Source: Candidatus Kapaibacterium sp.
Lineage (GTDB): Bacteria > Bacteroidota > Ignavibacteria > Kapaibacteriales > WFXC01
Length of the DNA: 64,000 nt
NCBI GenBank assembly: GCA_026996895.1
Contig: JALWJX010000082.1
Location: 38,031 to 102,030 of the forward strand
Reading direction: 5' to 3'
Positions within the stretch are counted from its first letter, which is position 1. Every line of letters begins with the position of its first letter. The notes below the pieces were generated by a model. That model was not told the origin of the DNA. It was given only the letters and a program-made list of their open reading frames with translations, and did no database searches. The position numbers and the translations under genes were made by a program. This document shows positions 20,593-28,105 of this stretch, piece by piece.

Positions 20593-20920
20593 GGCATACC
20601 TTCTCGATATGCTGATTGCTGCCCGCGAAGCCAGAGATTTCAGTGAGGGACTCACCTGGAAGACATTTCAACAGAGCTCTCTCCACCAGCATGCTATTGC
20701 TAAGGCATTGGAGAATATCGGCGAGGCAGCACGAAAAGTGTCGAACGAAATGAAAGCTGCTCATCCCGAAATTCCGTGGAGAGAGATTGTCGCATTGCGC
20801 CACCGTATTGCCCACGATTATTTCCACCTCGACTTAGTGCGGATATGGCAAATTGTGCAGGAAGACGTACCCACCCTCATTCGGCTCCTTGAACCGCTAA
20901 TACCTCCAGAGGAGCATTAA
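20579..20920 (+). CDS. hepT: HEPN-domain (DUF86) toxin HepT.
   Basis: The Rx4HxY HEPN motif is present in LRHRIAHDY. The gene overlaps mntA by 14 nt, as is typical for this pair. Confidence 0.8.
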   Translation: MWRDEAYLLDMLIAAREARDFSEGLTWKTFQQSSLHQHAIAKALENIGEAARKVSNEMKAAHPEIPWREIVALRHRIAHDYFHLDLVRIWQIVQEDVPTLIRLLEPLIPPEEH

Positions 20921-20984
20921 CGACCGTTGGGGGAATTGTTTCAACCGCAATGCACTTTGAAGCGTGCATCCAGTAGCATCCTAC

Positions 20985-21300
20985 CGGGGGCGCCGGATTC
21001 AGCCGGCATGTTTCTGCACACTAAAGTATGCGCTCCAACCGGGAGCGCCGACTTCCGTCGGCAAAAAATAGAAGGATACACTAACGTAAATGTGTAGTAG
21101 GGGCGACCGGCCGGTCGCCCCTACGGGTGTGGATGATGTGACCAGCGGGGTTGCGCCGACTGGGAGCGCCGGCTTTAGCCGGCAAAGAATGCACCCGGAA
21201 GTGTGCGCTCCCAGTAAACCGGGAACGCCGACTTTCGCTGGCATATCTGGAACACCGACTTCCCGAAAGATAACTACAGATGTAGGCACTGCCGATTTGC
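20985..21300. repeat. REP-like hairpin repeat cluster (inverted orientation relative to 3745-3895) between convergent genes.
   Basis: It contains gggagcgccgac-ttcc-gtcggc, gggagcgccggc-ttta-gccggc, the ggggcgaccggccggtcgcccc palindrome, and gcgctccc modules. Confidence 0.6.
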
Positions 21301-21325
21301 CCCGGCAAAACAGCGAATTGACACT

Positions 21326-22387
21326 TTAATAATCCGACGAAAGGCGGAAGCGGAGGATACGGTCGTTGCCCGTATCGGCAATGTAGAGGATGCCGTTGTA
21401 GAATGCTACCCCCCTGGGCTGGCGAAACTGCCGCAGTCCATCGCCACTGCCACCAAAGGAGTAGGAAAACTCCTGACCGAAAAAGTTGAACTTGTACAGC
21501 GAGTCCTTGCCCGCATCGATGACGTAAAGATTGCCGTACCGATCATACGTCACATCTTCGGGCTGCGAAAAGCGGTTGACACGCAACAGATCGGTGTTGT
21601 CCGCAGGCATAAACTTCGGACGCCAGTCTGCAATTTCACCGCCCATATACCGGAGCCACTGAACCTTGAACTGCATATCCGGTCCAATCTGGGTAAAGGC
21701 AAAGTCGTACGTATTCCGCCCGGTCACCGATATACCGCTGGGTTGCTGCAGCGAGTTAAGCGCGGTTCCGACAGGGCGAAGAACAGGGACGGGAGAAATC
21801 AGTTGATCATCCGCTCCGATCTGAATCACGGCATCATCGGGATCGACCGGCGACACGTTCGATGGTCCAGTGCGGGTCACCAGATACGAGTTATCCGGTA
21901 GCACCGTAATCCCCGTAAAACGGCGAGCCGGTTTCTGCAACTCTGTGTAAACGACCCGAACTGGTGCTTTTGCAATCTGATGTGCTACTGCACGCAACTC
22001 AATGCGGTAGATCGCCCCAACGGTTACAGGCTTTCCATTCAGCACTGTATCCAGCTCTCCGCACACCAGCAAATCGAATCGCCCATCCTGCGCCAGCGCG
22101 ACTGGCCGTTTAATTCCCGTGGCTGTGCCCAACCATCGACCGGCTAAATCCAGCATCACCACGCGATCGTTATCCGTATCCGCCACGTAGATAAAAGGTT
22201 CACGTCCAACCAGCACATCCGATGGACGGCGAAAACCGGTCCACGGTGGACGCACCGGCGTATACACCGTATCATTGACGGTTTGCGTTGTGTCGATCGG
22301 CGCTGTCGGTGGCACCGGCTTTTCATGGCAGTGCGTCAACAGCAGGATCGTAACGCCAAGCAGTCCCCAGAAGCGGAGCATCTTCAC
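21326..22387 (-). CDS. NHL-repeat lipoprotein.
   Basis: It has a lipoprotein signal (MKMLRFWGLLGVTILLLTHC). NHL-like beta-propeller blades end in YVADTDNDRVVMLD, LYVIDAGKDSLYKF and ILYIADTGNDRILRF. Confidence 0.65.
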   Translation of the reverse strand: MKMLRFWGLLGVTILLLTHCHEKPVPPTAPIDTTQTVNDTVYTPVRPPWTGFRRPSDVLVGREPFIYVADTDNDRVVMLDLAGRWLGTATGIKRPVALAQDGRFDLLVCGELDTVLNGKPVTVGAIYRIELRAVAHQIAKAPVRVVYTELQKPARRFTGITVLPDNSYLVTRTGPSNVSPVDPDDAVIQIGADDQLISPVPVLRPVGTALNSLQQPSGISVTGRNTYDFAFTQIGPDMQFKVQWLRYMGGEIADWRPKFMPADNTDLLRVNRFSQPEDVTYDRYGNLYVIDAGKDSLYKFNFFGQEFSYSFGGSGDGLRQFRQPRGVAFYNGILYIADTGNDRILRFRLSSDY

Positions 22388-23391
22388 TCCTCCGGTGATT
22401 GTTGCAGCACCAAACTCAGTCGATGGAGCATCCCAAAGTAGCGTGTTGGTAACAGGCTGTAGTCAATCCGGATACGCCATCCAGTGAAGAGTGGAATCTG
22501 GAGCCCCACGCCCGCTGTCCACGGCGTTAGTGGAGCATTGATGCGATACGCCGCCCGCACCTGAATCTGAAAGGGCATTGCAACCGACAGTTGCCGGGCA
22601 TACTCTCCACCGATCACATACTGTTCCGCCTGATCCGCCGGATGATCAAATTGCACCGTGGCAGTCAACCGTTGCAGTGAATCCTGAAGCACCTCGGTCG
22701 CAACCCCAAAGCGGAAATTTGTCGGAGGAGCAAAGCTTCGCAGCGTCGAACTGGAGTCGTGCGGGTACAGCGGCACCGTTCCCCGTGGTTTTAACGGCGT
22801 ACCGAAATTGGAAATTGCCAGCGCAATGCGGGTGCGCGCCAGCCCTGTGTAATACAACGTCCCCAGATCAAACAACACGCCCTGGAGTGTTGCTTTGCCC
22901 AACCGCTCGGATACGCCCACAACCGTTATCCCTGCCGAAAACTGATCGGTAAAGCGATGCGCATAGGACAATCCAGCGTGAATATGTTCAACGATGAACC
23001 ACTCACCCGTTCCGTATGGCTGCACCTCTGTGGTCACCCGAAGAGGATCGATGCCCAGCCGCGCTACATTGACCGCCACCGCATCATCAGATCCCACGTG
23101 ATAGAGTGCCGAAGCAGCAATCAAGCGGGAACCTGCCAGCCACTGCGCAGCGGAGAATGACGCCTCGAATGATCGAGTCTGGAACAACCCTGCAGGATTG
23201 GCAACCACCACCGATGCGTCATTGGCTAACGCGACAACGCCATCATTCAAACCAGCAGCCCGTGCGGAAAGCGGAATTTTCAACGCCGCACCGATCGTTG
23301 TCCCCACCCGTTCTTCACCAAACGAAGGGATCAACTGCGCTTTGACCGGTAGCAGCAGCATTCCCAACAACACACCCAGAACGAACCGCAT
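22384..23391 (-). CDS. PorV/PorQ-family outer-membrane beta-barrel protein (T9SS-associated).
   Basis: It has a signal peptide. The N-terminal segment GAALKIPLSARAAGLNDGVVALANDASVVVANPAGL resembles, as I recall it, the conserved PorV/PorQ N-terminus. The rest alternates beta-strand patterns. Confidence 0.5.
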   Translation of the reverse strand: MRFVLGVLLGMLLLPVKAQLIPSFGEERVGTTIGAALKIPLSARAAGLNDGVVALANDASVVVANPAGLFQTRSFEASFSAAQWLAGSRLIAASALYHVGSDDAVAVNVARLGIDPLRVTTEVQPYGTGEWFIVEHIHAGLSYAHRFTDQFSAGITVVGVSERLGKATLQGVLFDLGTLYYTGLARTRIALAISNFGTPLKPRGTVPLYPHDSSSTLRSFAPPTNFRFGVATEVLQDSLQRLTATVQFDHPADQAEQYVIGGEYARQLSVAMPFQIQVRAAYRINAPLTPWTAGVGLQIPLFTGWRIRIDYSLLPTRYFGMLHRLSLVLQQSPEE

Positions 23392-26237
23392 CAGAACTCC
23401 ACCATCATTTCCAACCGAAGCATTCGGCGCGAGGCATACCGCGCCGGGTTAAAAGGATACGGATCCAGCGGGGGCTGCAACTGTGGATACAGCGGATCAT
23501 TCCACGACACCGGTGTTGGATCGCCGTATTCGTATGCACGTCCGGTAACGGGATTGAGAATCTGGGAATTTTTTCGATCGAACACGTTCAACACTTCCAA
23601 TCGGAACTGCACTTTTGTGTGTCCGACCGCAACGGCTTTACTGATCGTCACATCCAGCCACCACCACGGATCACCCAGGGCTTCCAGATACCGATTCTCG
23701 TCCCGCTGATACACCGGCTTTCCATTTGGTAGCCGCACCTGCTCGCCCGTTGCAGGATCTATGACCGGCACATACGGCGTGTACCGCAGACCGGATCGAT
23801 AGGTAAATCGGGTATACACCGAAACATCCGCAAGCCAGGGAAGATCGAACCACGGCTGCTCCGCTGAGCTGGTTAGTATCGCTATCGCATTGACATTGAT
23901 CGGCCGATCCCACGACAAAAACACTTCGCCCAACCGCTCATCGGTGATACCTCGAACAATCAAAATGCCTTCATCCGCCGAATTGCTTTTCCCCGTCACC
24001 ACGGAATACGACGCGGAGATTTGTCCCGTAAACCAATCGCCAATCCGTTTTTTGAACTCCACCTCAATGCCCCTGGATCGGGCGTAATCGGCATTGACGT
24101 ACGTTAAGAAACTCCCTCCGGCGAAACGTGGGTTATCAGTCCGCACCCGCCGCGTCTGAACGTAGTCAAAAATGTCTTTGTAGTAGGCGGTCACGGTCAG
24201 TACATCATTGGAGGTAATTTGTGTCCGAATGCCAATTTCATACGCAATGCTGGTTTCTGGATCCAGATCCGGGTTGCCAAATCGCTGATACGTGGAATAC
24301 GCCTGCTGTGGCATCAGCTTCGCATAGACATACTGAGGACGTGGCAATTTGCTGAAATGCCCGAAGCTAAAAAAGAGCGTCTGGTTATTCGTAATCGGAT
24401 GGGAAATACCCAGCCGGGGATTGAGCCGGATTTTCCACCGTCGACCAAACAGGGCAATGGTCTTGCGGAGATAATTCTGACGCTGCTGCTGCGAAATAGT
24501 GGTGCGTCCGGGATCTGCTATCGCTGCGTCGACTTCCGATCCGGGCGCCCAGAAATCAAGTCGAACGCCATAGTTCAGGATCAATCCCCGAAACGTGATG
24601 TTGTGCTGGATATACCAATCGCCAAGGATCGGATGAACGTGAAACACATCATTGTTGAGCCCCAGCGGCTCATACCACGGCGCATAGATATTGGCTTGCT
24701 GTAGCTCCTGAAATCGAAGTTCAAGCCCCGTTTTGATGCGATTTTTCTCTGCAAAAAAGTATGTCACATCCCCCCGGATGGTCCATTCATCGACGAAGTG
24801 GTCGTTCCAGATGTAACCATTGCCCACATCATAGAAGCCATCACCGGGGATAATGCCCAGATGCAGGGAGTCGCCAGTGTCATAGTAGTGCGCCGGAATG
24901 GAGGGGATGTCTGCTGGTGGTTCGTAAGCATCATAATCCCGGCCATTTGCATCCACCTTCAGGCGAGAGTAGAAATTGCTAATCCGCAGCTCATACAGCA
25001 ATTGCTTCGACACCGTATGCATCCAGCTTATTTTCTGGAATTGAGCAATGTTGCCATAGGTAAGAGCTCCGTCGAAATGCCCCTGAAACCGATATTGATA
25101 CCCCGGATCAGGGCGGACATACTCCAGATTCGTCTGAAGCGAACGGGTATTCTGATTGAGCCGCCAGCTCTGGTAGAGGGAATAACTCAACCGCTGCATC
25201 GGCGTCGGCATCCACTCCAGCTTCACATACGCATTCGCCATATTCTCCTGCCGCAAAGAAAGCCAGCGGGGAAGGATCGAGGAACGAACGGTCGTGCGGG
25301 CAAATGCAGGAACAATGTAGTCGGAAGCATTCAGGTATAACGAAGCAAAGAACGTAGCGCTACCTGGCAAACGAACACCCAGCGCTGGCAACACGTACGT
25401 TGTCAACGGTTCCGGACCACCAATGGAGAACTCGAAGATGTCAGTAATAAACGGCGAATTGGTGTCCCGATCGTATGGGTTGCGGCGATGGATCAAATAT
25501 CCCCGGCGAAGTCCTACGTTGCCCCGATACGTTTTGCTTCCTGACCGGGTCTTGATATTGATCACCCCCGCCGTTGTTTGCCCAAATTCTGGATTGATCC
25601 CCCCGGTAATGATCTCCATTGTCTCCACAGCACTGGCGCTTAAGTGTAATCCGAAACCGGTACCCGCCAGTGGATCCTGCACCGATACGCCATCCAGCAA
25701 ATAAGCTGTTTCATACCCCCGGCTCCCCCGAATATGGATCTCCTGATTCTGCTCAATAATTCCCGGCTGCAAGGTCAAGACTTCAGCTATCTGTTCCACC
25801 GGCATTTGCCGAATGGTCTCCCGCTCGATTAACTGGATGCTTTGCGTCTCTTCAACATCGATCAACGGCTTTTTGCCAATCACGACGACTTCCTTCCCCA
25901 GAGAAATAGTCGCTTCTTCCATCGCTATATCGACTGTCACCGTATCTCCCCCCCGTATCCGGATGCCGGTCTTCTTCACCGTTTTATACCCCACATAGCT
26001 CACTTCCAGCGTATACTCTCCAGGTTCAACGTTGCGGATCAGGAAACGCCCACGGGGATCGGAAAACGCTCCGTAGTACGTCCCCGGGATCCGGACCGTC
26101 GCAGACACTAAGGGCTTGCCGCTACGCTTGTCTCGCACCGTACCACGGATCACTCCAGACTGCTGGGCAGCAGCAACGCTGCACCATCCTATGATGCTGA
26201 GAACAAAGATCCACCATATCAACCGACCTCGCATCAT
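23391..26237 (-). CDS. TonB-dependent receptor with an N-terminal carboxypeptidase-regulatory-like domain (SusC-like architecture).
   Basis: It has a signal peptide and a CarbopepD_reg-like beta-sandwich (GVIRGTVRDKRSGKPLVSATVRIP...GEYTLEVSYVGYKTVKK). The plug motif region DGVSVQDP is present, the barrel is long, and the protein ends in a C-terminal F. Confidence 0.8.
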   Translation of the reverse strand: MMRGRLIWWIFVLSIIGWCSVAAAQQSGVIRGTVRDKRSGKPLVSATVRIPGTYYGAFSDPRGRFLIRNVEPGEYTLEVSYVGYKTVKKTGIRIRGGDTVTVDIAMEEATISLGKEVVVIGKKPLIDVEETQSIQLIERETIRQMPVEQIAEVLTLQPGIIEQNQEIHIRGSRGYETAYLLDGVSVQDPLAGTGFGLHLSASAVETMEIITGGINPEFGQTTAGVINIKTRSGSKTYRGNVGLRRGYLIHRRNPYDRDTNSPFITDIFEFSIGGPEPLTTYVLPALGVRLPGSATFFASLYLNASDYIVPAFARTTVRSSILPRWLSLRQENMANAYVKLEWMPTPMQRLSYSLYQSWRLNQNTRSLQTNLEYVRPDPGYQYRFQGHFDGALTYGNIAQFQKISWMHTVSKQLLYELRISNFYSRLKVDANGRDYDAYEPPADIPSIPAHYYDTGDSLHLGIIPGDGFYDVGNGYIWNDHFVDEWTIRGDVTYFFAEKNRIKTGLELRFQELQQANIYAPWYEPLGLNNDVFHVHPILGDWYIQHNITFRGLILNYGVRLDFWAPGSEVDAAIADPGRTTISQQQRQNYLRKTIALFGRRWKIRLNPRLGISHPITNNQTLFFSFGHFSKLPRPQYVYAKLMPQQAYSTYQRFGNPDLDPETSIAYEIGIRTQITSNDVLTVTAYYKDIFDYVQTRRVRTDNPRFAGGSFLTYVNADYARSRGIEVEFKKRIGDWFTGQISASYSVVTGKSNSADEGILIVRGITDERLGEVFLSWDRPINVNAIAILTSSAEQPWFDLPWLADVSVYTRFTYRSGLRYTPYVPVIDPATGEQVRLPNGKPVYQRDENRYLEALGDPWWWLDVTISKAVAVGHTKVQFRLEVLNVFDRKNSQILNPVTGRAYEYGDPTPVSWNDPLYPQLQPPLDPYPFNPARYASRRMLRLEMMVEF

Positions 26238-27868
26238 CAGGGCACCTGAAACTCCTCTACCAGAATATGCTCCAGCAACCGGGCAGCCCCCCCGTTGCGC
26301 TGAAATGCGGACAGCGGCAGATTCAGAAAAAATTGCTGATCAACGGTACTCTGGATAATAACCGGGGGAGTACCGTCATAATCCGATTTTGGCGGCAACA
26401 GATACAGCGATCGAGCCGCAGCGGTGGGGAATAATCGATGAATACCAACGACATTCCCGCTCCCCTTGACCAATCGGGGATACCGCTGCAGCGCCTGCTC
26501 CGTCCGCATCAACGTATCGCCGGGGCGAAAAACGGTCGGAGAGGAAAAGAGCTCCTGCGCAGAGAGACTATCCAGCGGTGCAAAGTCCAGAATTTTCTGC
26601 CGTTCCTGCAGCGTTGGCAAATTCGGCAGTGGGGCACTAAAGATCAGCTTCCCACCGGCGGCAAGATAGCCTGGCAACACCGTTTGCGGAATATCCAGAG
26701 ATAATCCAATGTCGCCGTACCAGAGCACAACATCGAAAAGTTTTAAGGTTTCAACAAACATCGGGGTCAGCAGCCGCGGCAGGTTGCGATACCAGCCGTC
26801 GCTGCCACGCTCCCGAATGTTCAAAAACTCGTATCGTCCCGCATACCGCCCCCCGCCAATGGTATCCAGTGCCGTCTGATAGAACTGGTGGGAACGTTTG
26901 TCAAAAGAATCCTCGACAACCAAAATCGGACCCGCAGGCTGCTTCACATACCACACTCCATCCGGAGGAGGATACTGCAATACAGCACTCCGCAGTCCCC
27001 CCCGGTCCACTGCGCGGATATACAGGACATTAGGAGCATTCAGGCGGAGTCCATCTGCCGCCCGCAGCGTCAGCATCGTTTGCGTCGGTGGGATCCGGTG
27101 CCATTCTGCAGTCTCACTGCTATCATTGAGTGACCATTCGATTGCAGCCAGTGTTTCGTTTCCATCGAAATCGTAAGCGGCAAACACGAAGGTTGCCACC
27201 GGGAATGTCGTATCAGGCAAACGCATCAGGGCTGCTGCGGCAGGGGTGGAATCTGGTCCCCAGAAAATCTGCGGCGGCGTGTTCACGACCCGGTATTCCA
27301 CCACTGCGGGTGACAGATCGACCGCTCCTTCCAATCCCCGGAATTCCTCTTCCGGTGGATCCCATCGACCATTACCATCGCGATCGTCAAAAGGAATCGG
27401 CATACTGGTGTCTGCCGGCGGCTCCCATACCACCGAATTGTCCACAGCAGCAACGGCGAAACGGAAGGTAGAGTCGGGACGGCGTAAGCGCAACTGGAAC
27501 AATGAATCATTCCGCCGGGTAAAGTACCAGCGGCGAAAATCCCAGGAAAACAGAAAGCCGATCACCAGACCATCGGGATCATCACCGTACCAGTAGACGT
27601 GGACCTGGCTGGACTGCTCGGTTCGCACTGAGTCAACCGCCAGAAACGTTTCTGGCCGCCGATTTCCCCGCTCTTCTGGCGCTGGCGGTTCTGTACATCG
27701 ATGAAAACTCAGCAAAAGTACAACCCCCAGGCTCCAGACGCTCAAAATGCTCCAACAGGATTTCACTATTTCACGCCACCACTGTGTGCCTACCTGATCT
27801 GCGAAAGTGCAAAAATACAAAATGCTGGTGGGATGTGCACGTGCTGTGTACTCAACCCGAATCGACAT
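26237..27868 (-). CDS. Hypothetical lipoprotein; first gene of an operon with the TonB-dependent receptor.
   Basis: It has a lipoprotein-like signal (LSVWSLGVVLLLSFHRC) and no identifiable domain. Its stop overlaps the receptor start by 1 nt. The true start is uncertain. Confidence 0.45.
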   Translation of the reverse strand: MSIRVEYTARAHPTSILYFCTFADQVGTQWWREIVKSCWSILSVWSLGVVLLLSFHRCTEPPAPEERGNRRPETFLAVDSVRTEQSSQVHVYWYGDDPDGLVIGFLFSWDFRRWYFTRRNDSLFQLRLRRPDSTFRFAVAAVDNSVVWEPPADTSMPIPFDDRDGNGRWDPPEEEFRGLEGAVDLSPAVVEYRVVNTPPQIFWGPDSTPAAAALMRLPDTTFPVATFVFAAYDFDGNETLAAIEWSLNDSSETAEWHRIPPTQTMLTLRAADGLRLNAPNVLYIRAVDRGGLRSAVLQYPPPDGVWYVKQPAGPILVVEDSFDKRSHQFYQTALDTIGGGRYAGRYEFLNIRERGSDGWYRNLPRLLTPMFVETLKLFDVVLWYGDIGLSLDIPQTVLPGYLAAGGKLIFSAPLPNLPTLQERQKILDFAPLDSLSAQELFSSPTVFRPGDTLMRTEQALQRYPRLVKGSGNVVGIHRLFPTAAARSLYLLPPKSDYDGTPPVIIQSTVDQQFFLNLPLSAFQRNGGAARLLEHILVEEFQVP

Positions 27869-28015
27869 CGGGAATTTCTATCCATTTGCCGGTCCGGGAT
27901 GCCATCTTCCCATCCACTCGCATTGGAGTTCGGAGCAACGCAGAGATCACTCCTCTACCTCGTTAAATCCGGTCCTCTGCGCAGGAGCATTCCACCCCTT
28001 CAAAACACCCGGCGA

Positions 28016-28038
28016 AAATTACGTAATTTTACGTATTG
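28016..28038 (+). promoter_or_regulatory. 23-nt conserved motif aaattacgtaattttacgtattg with an ACGTAA-TT-TTACGT palindrome. It lies 68 nt upstream of the 28106 operon and is identical at 52058-52080.
   Basis: It is an exact 23/23 match at two loci, both at the same distance upstream of paralogous giant-protein operons. A second palindrome, CTACATTTGTAG, lies at 28058-28069. Confidence 0.55.
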
Positions 28039-28105
28039 CAAGGGTTGCGGCTATTTGCTACATTTGTAGAGATTTTGGAACAGTAGCTCCAGACATAAAC
28101 AAAGA

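Noticed and set aside
20999-21329. Small ORFs (75-96 aa) on both strands across 20999-21329.
   Set aside because: They are translations of the REP-like hairpin cluster (repeated GAPTFAG and SRRSRFTGSA peptides) and lie in an intergenic gap between convergent genes.
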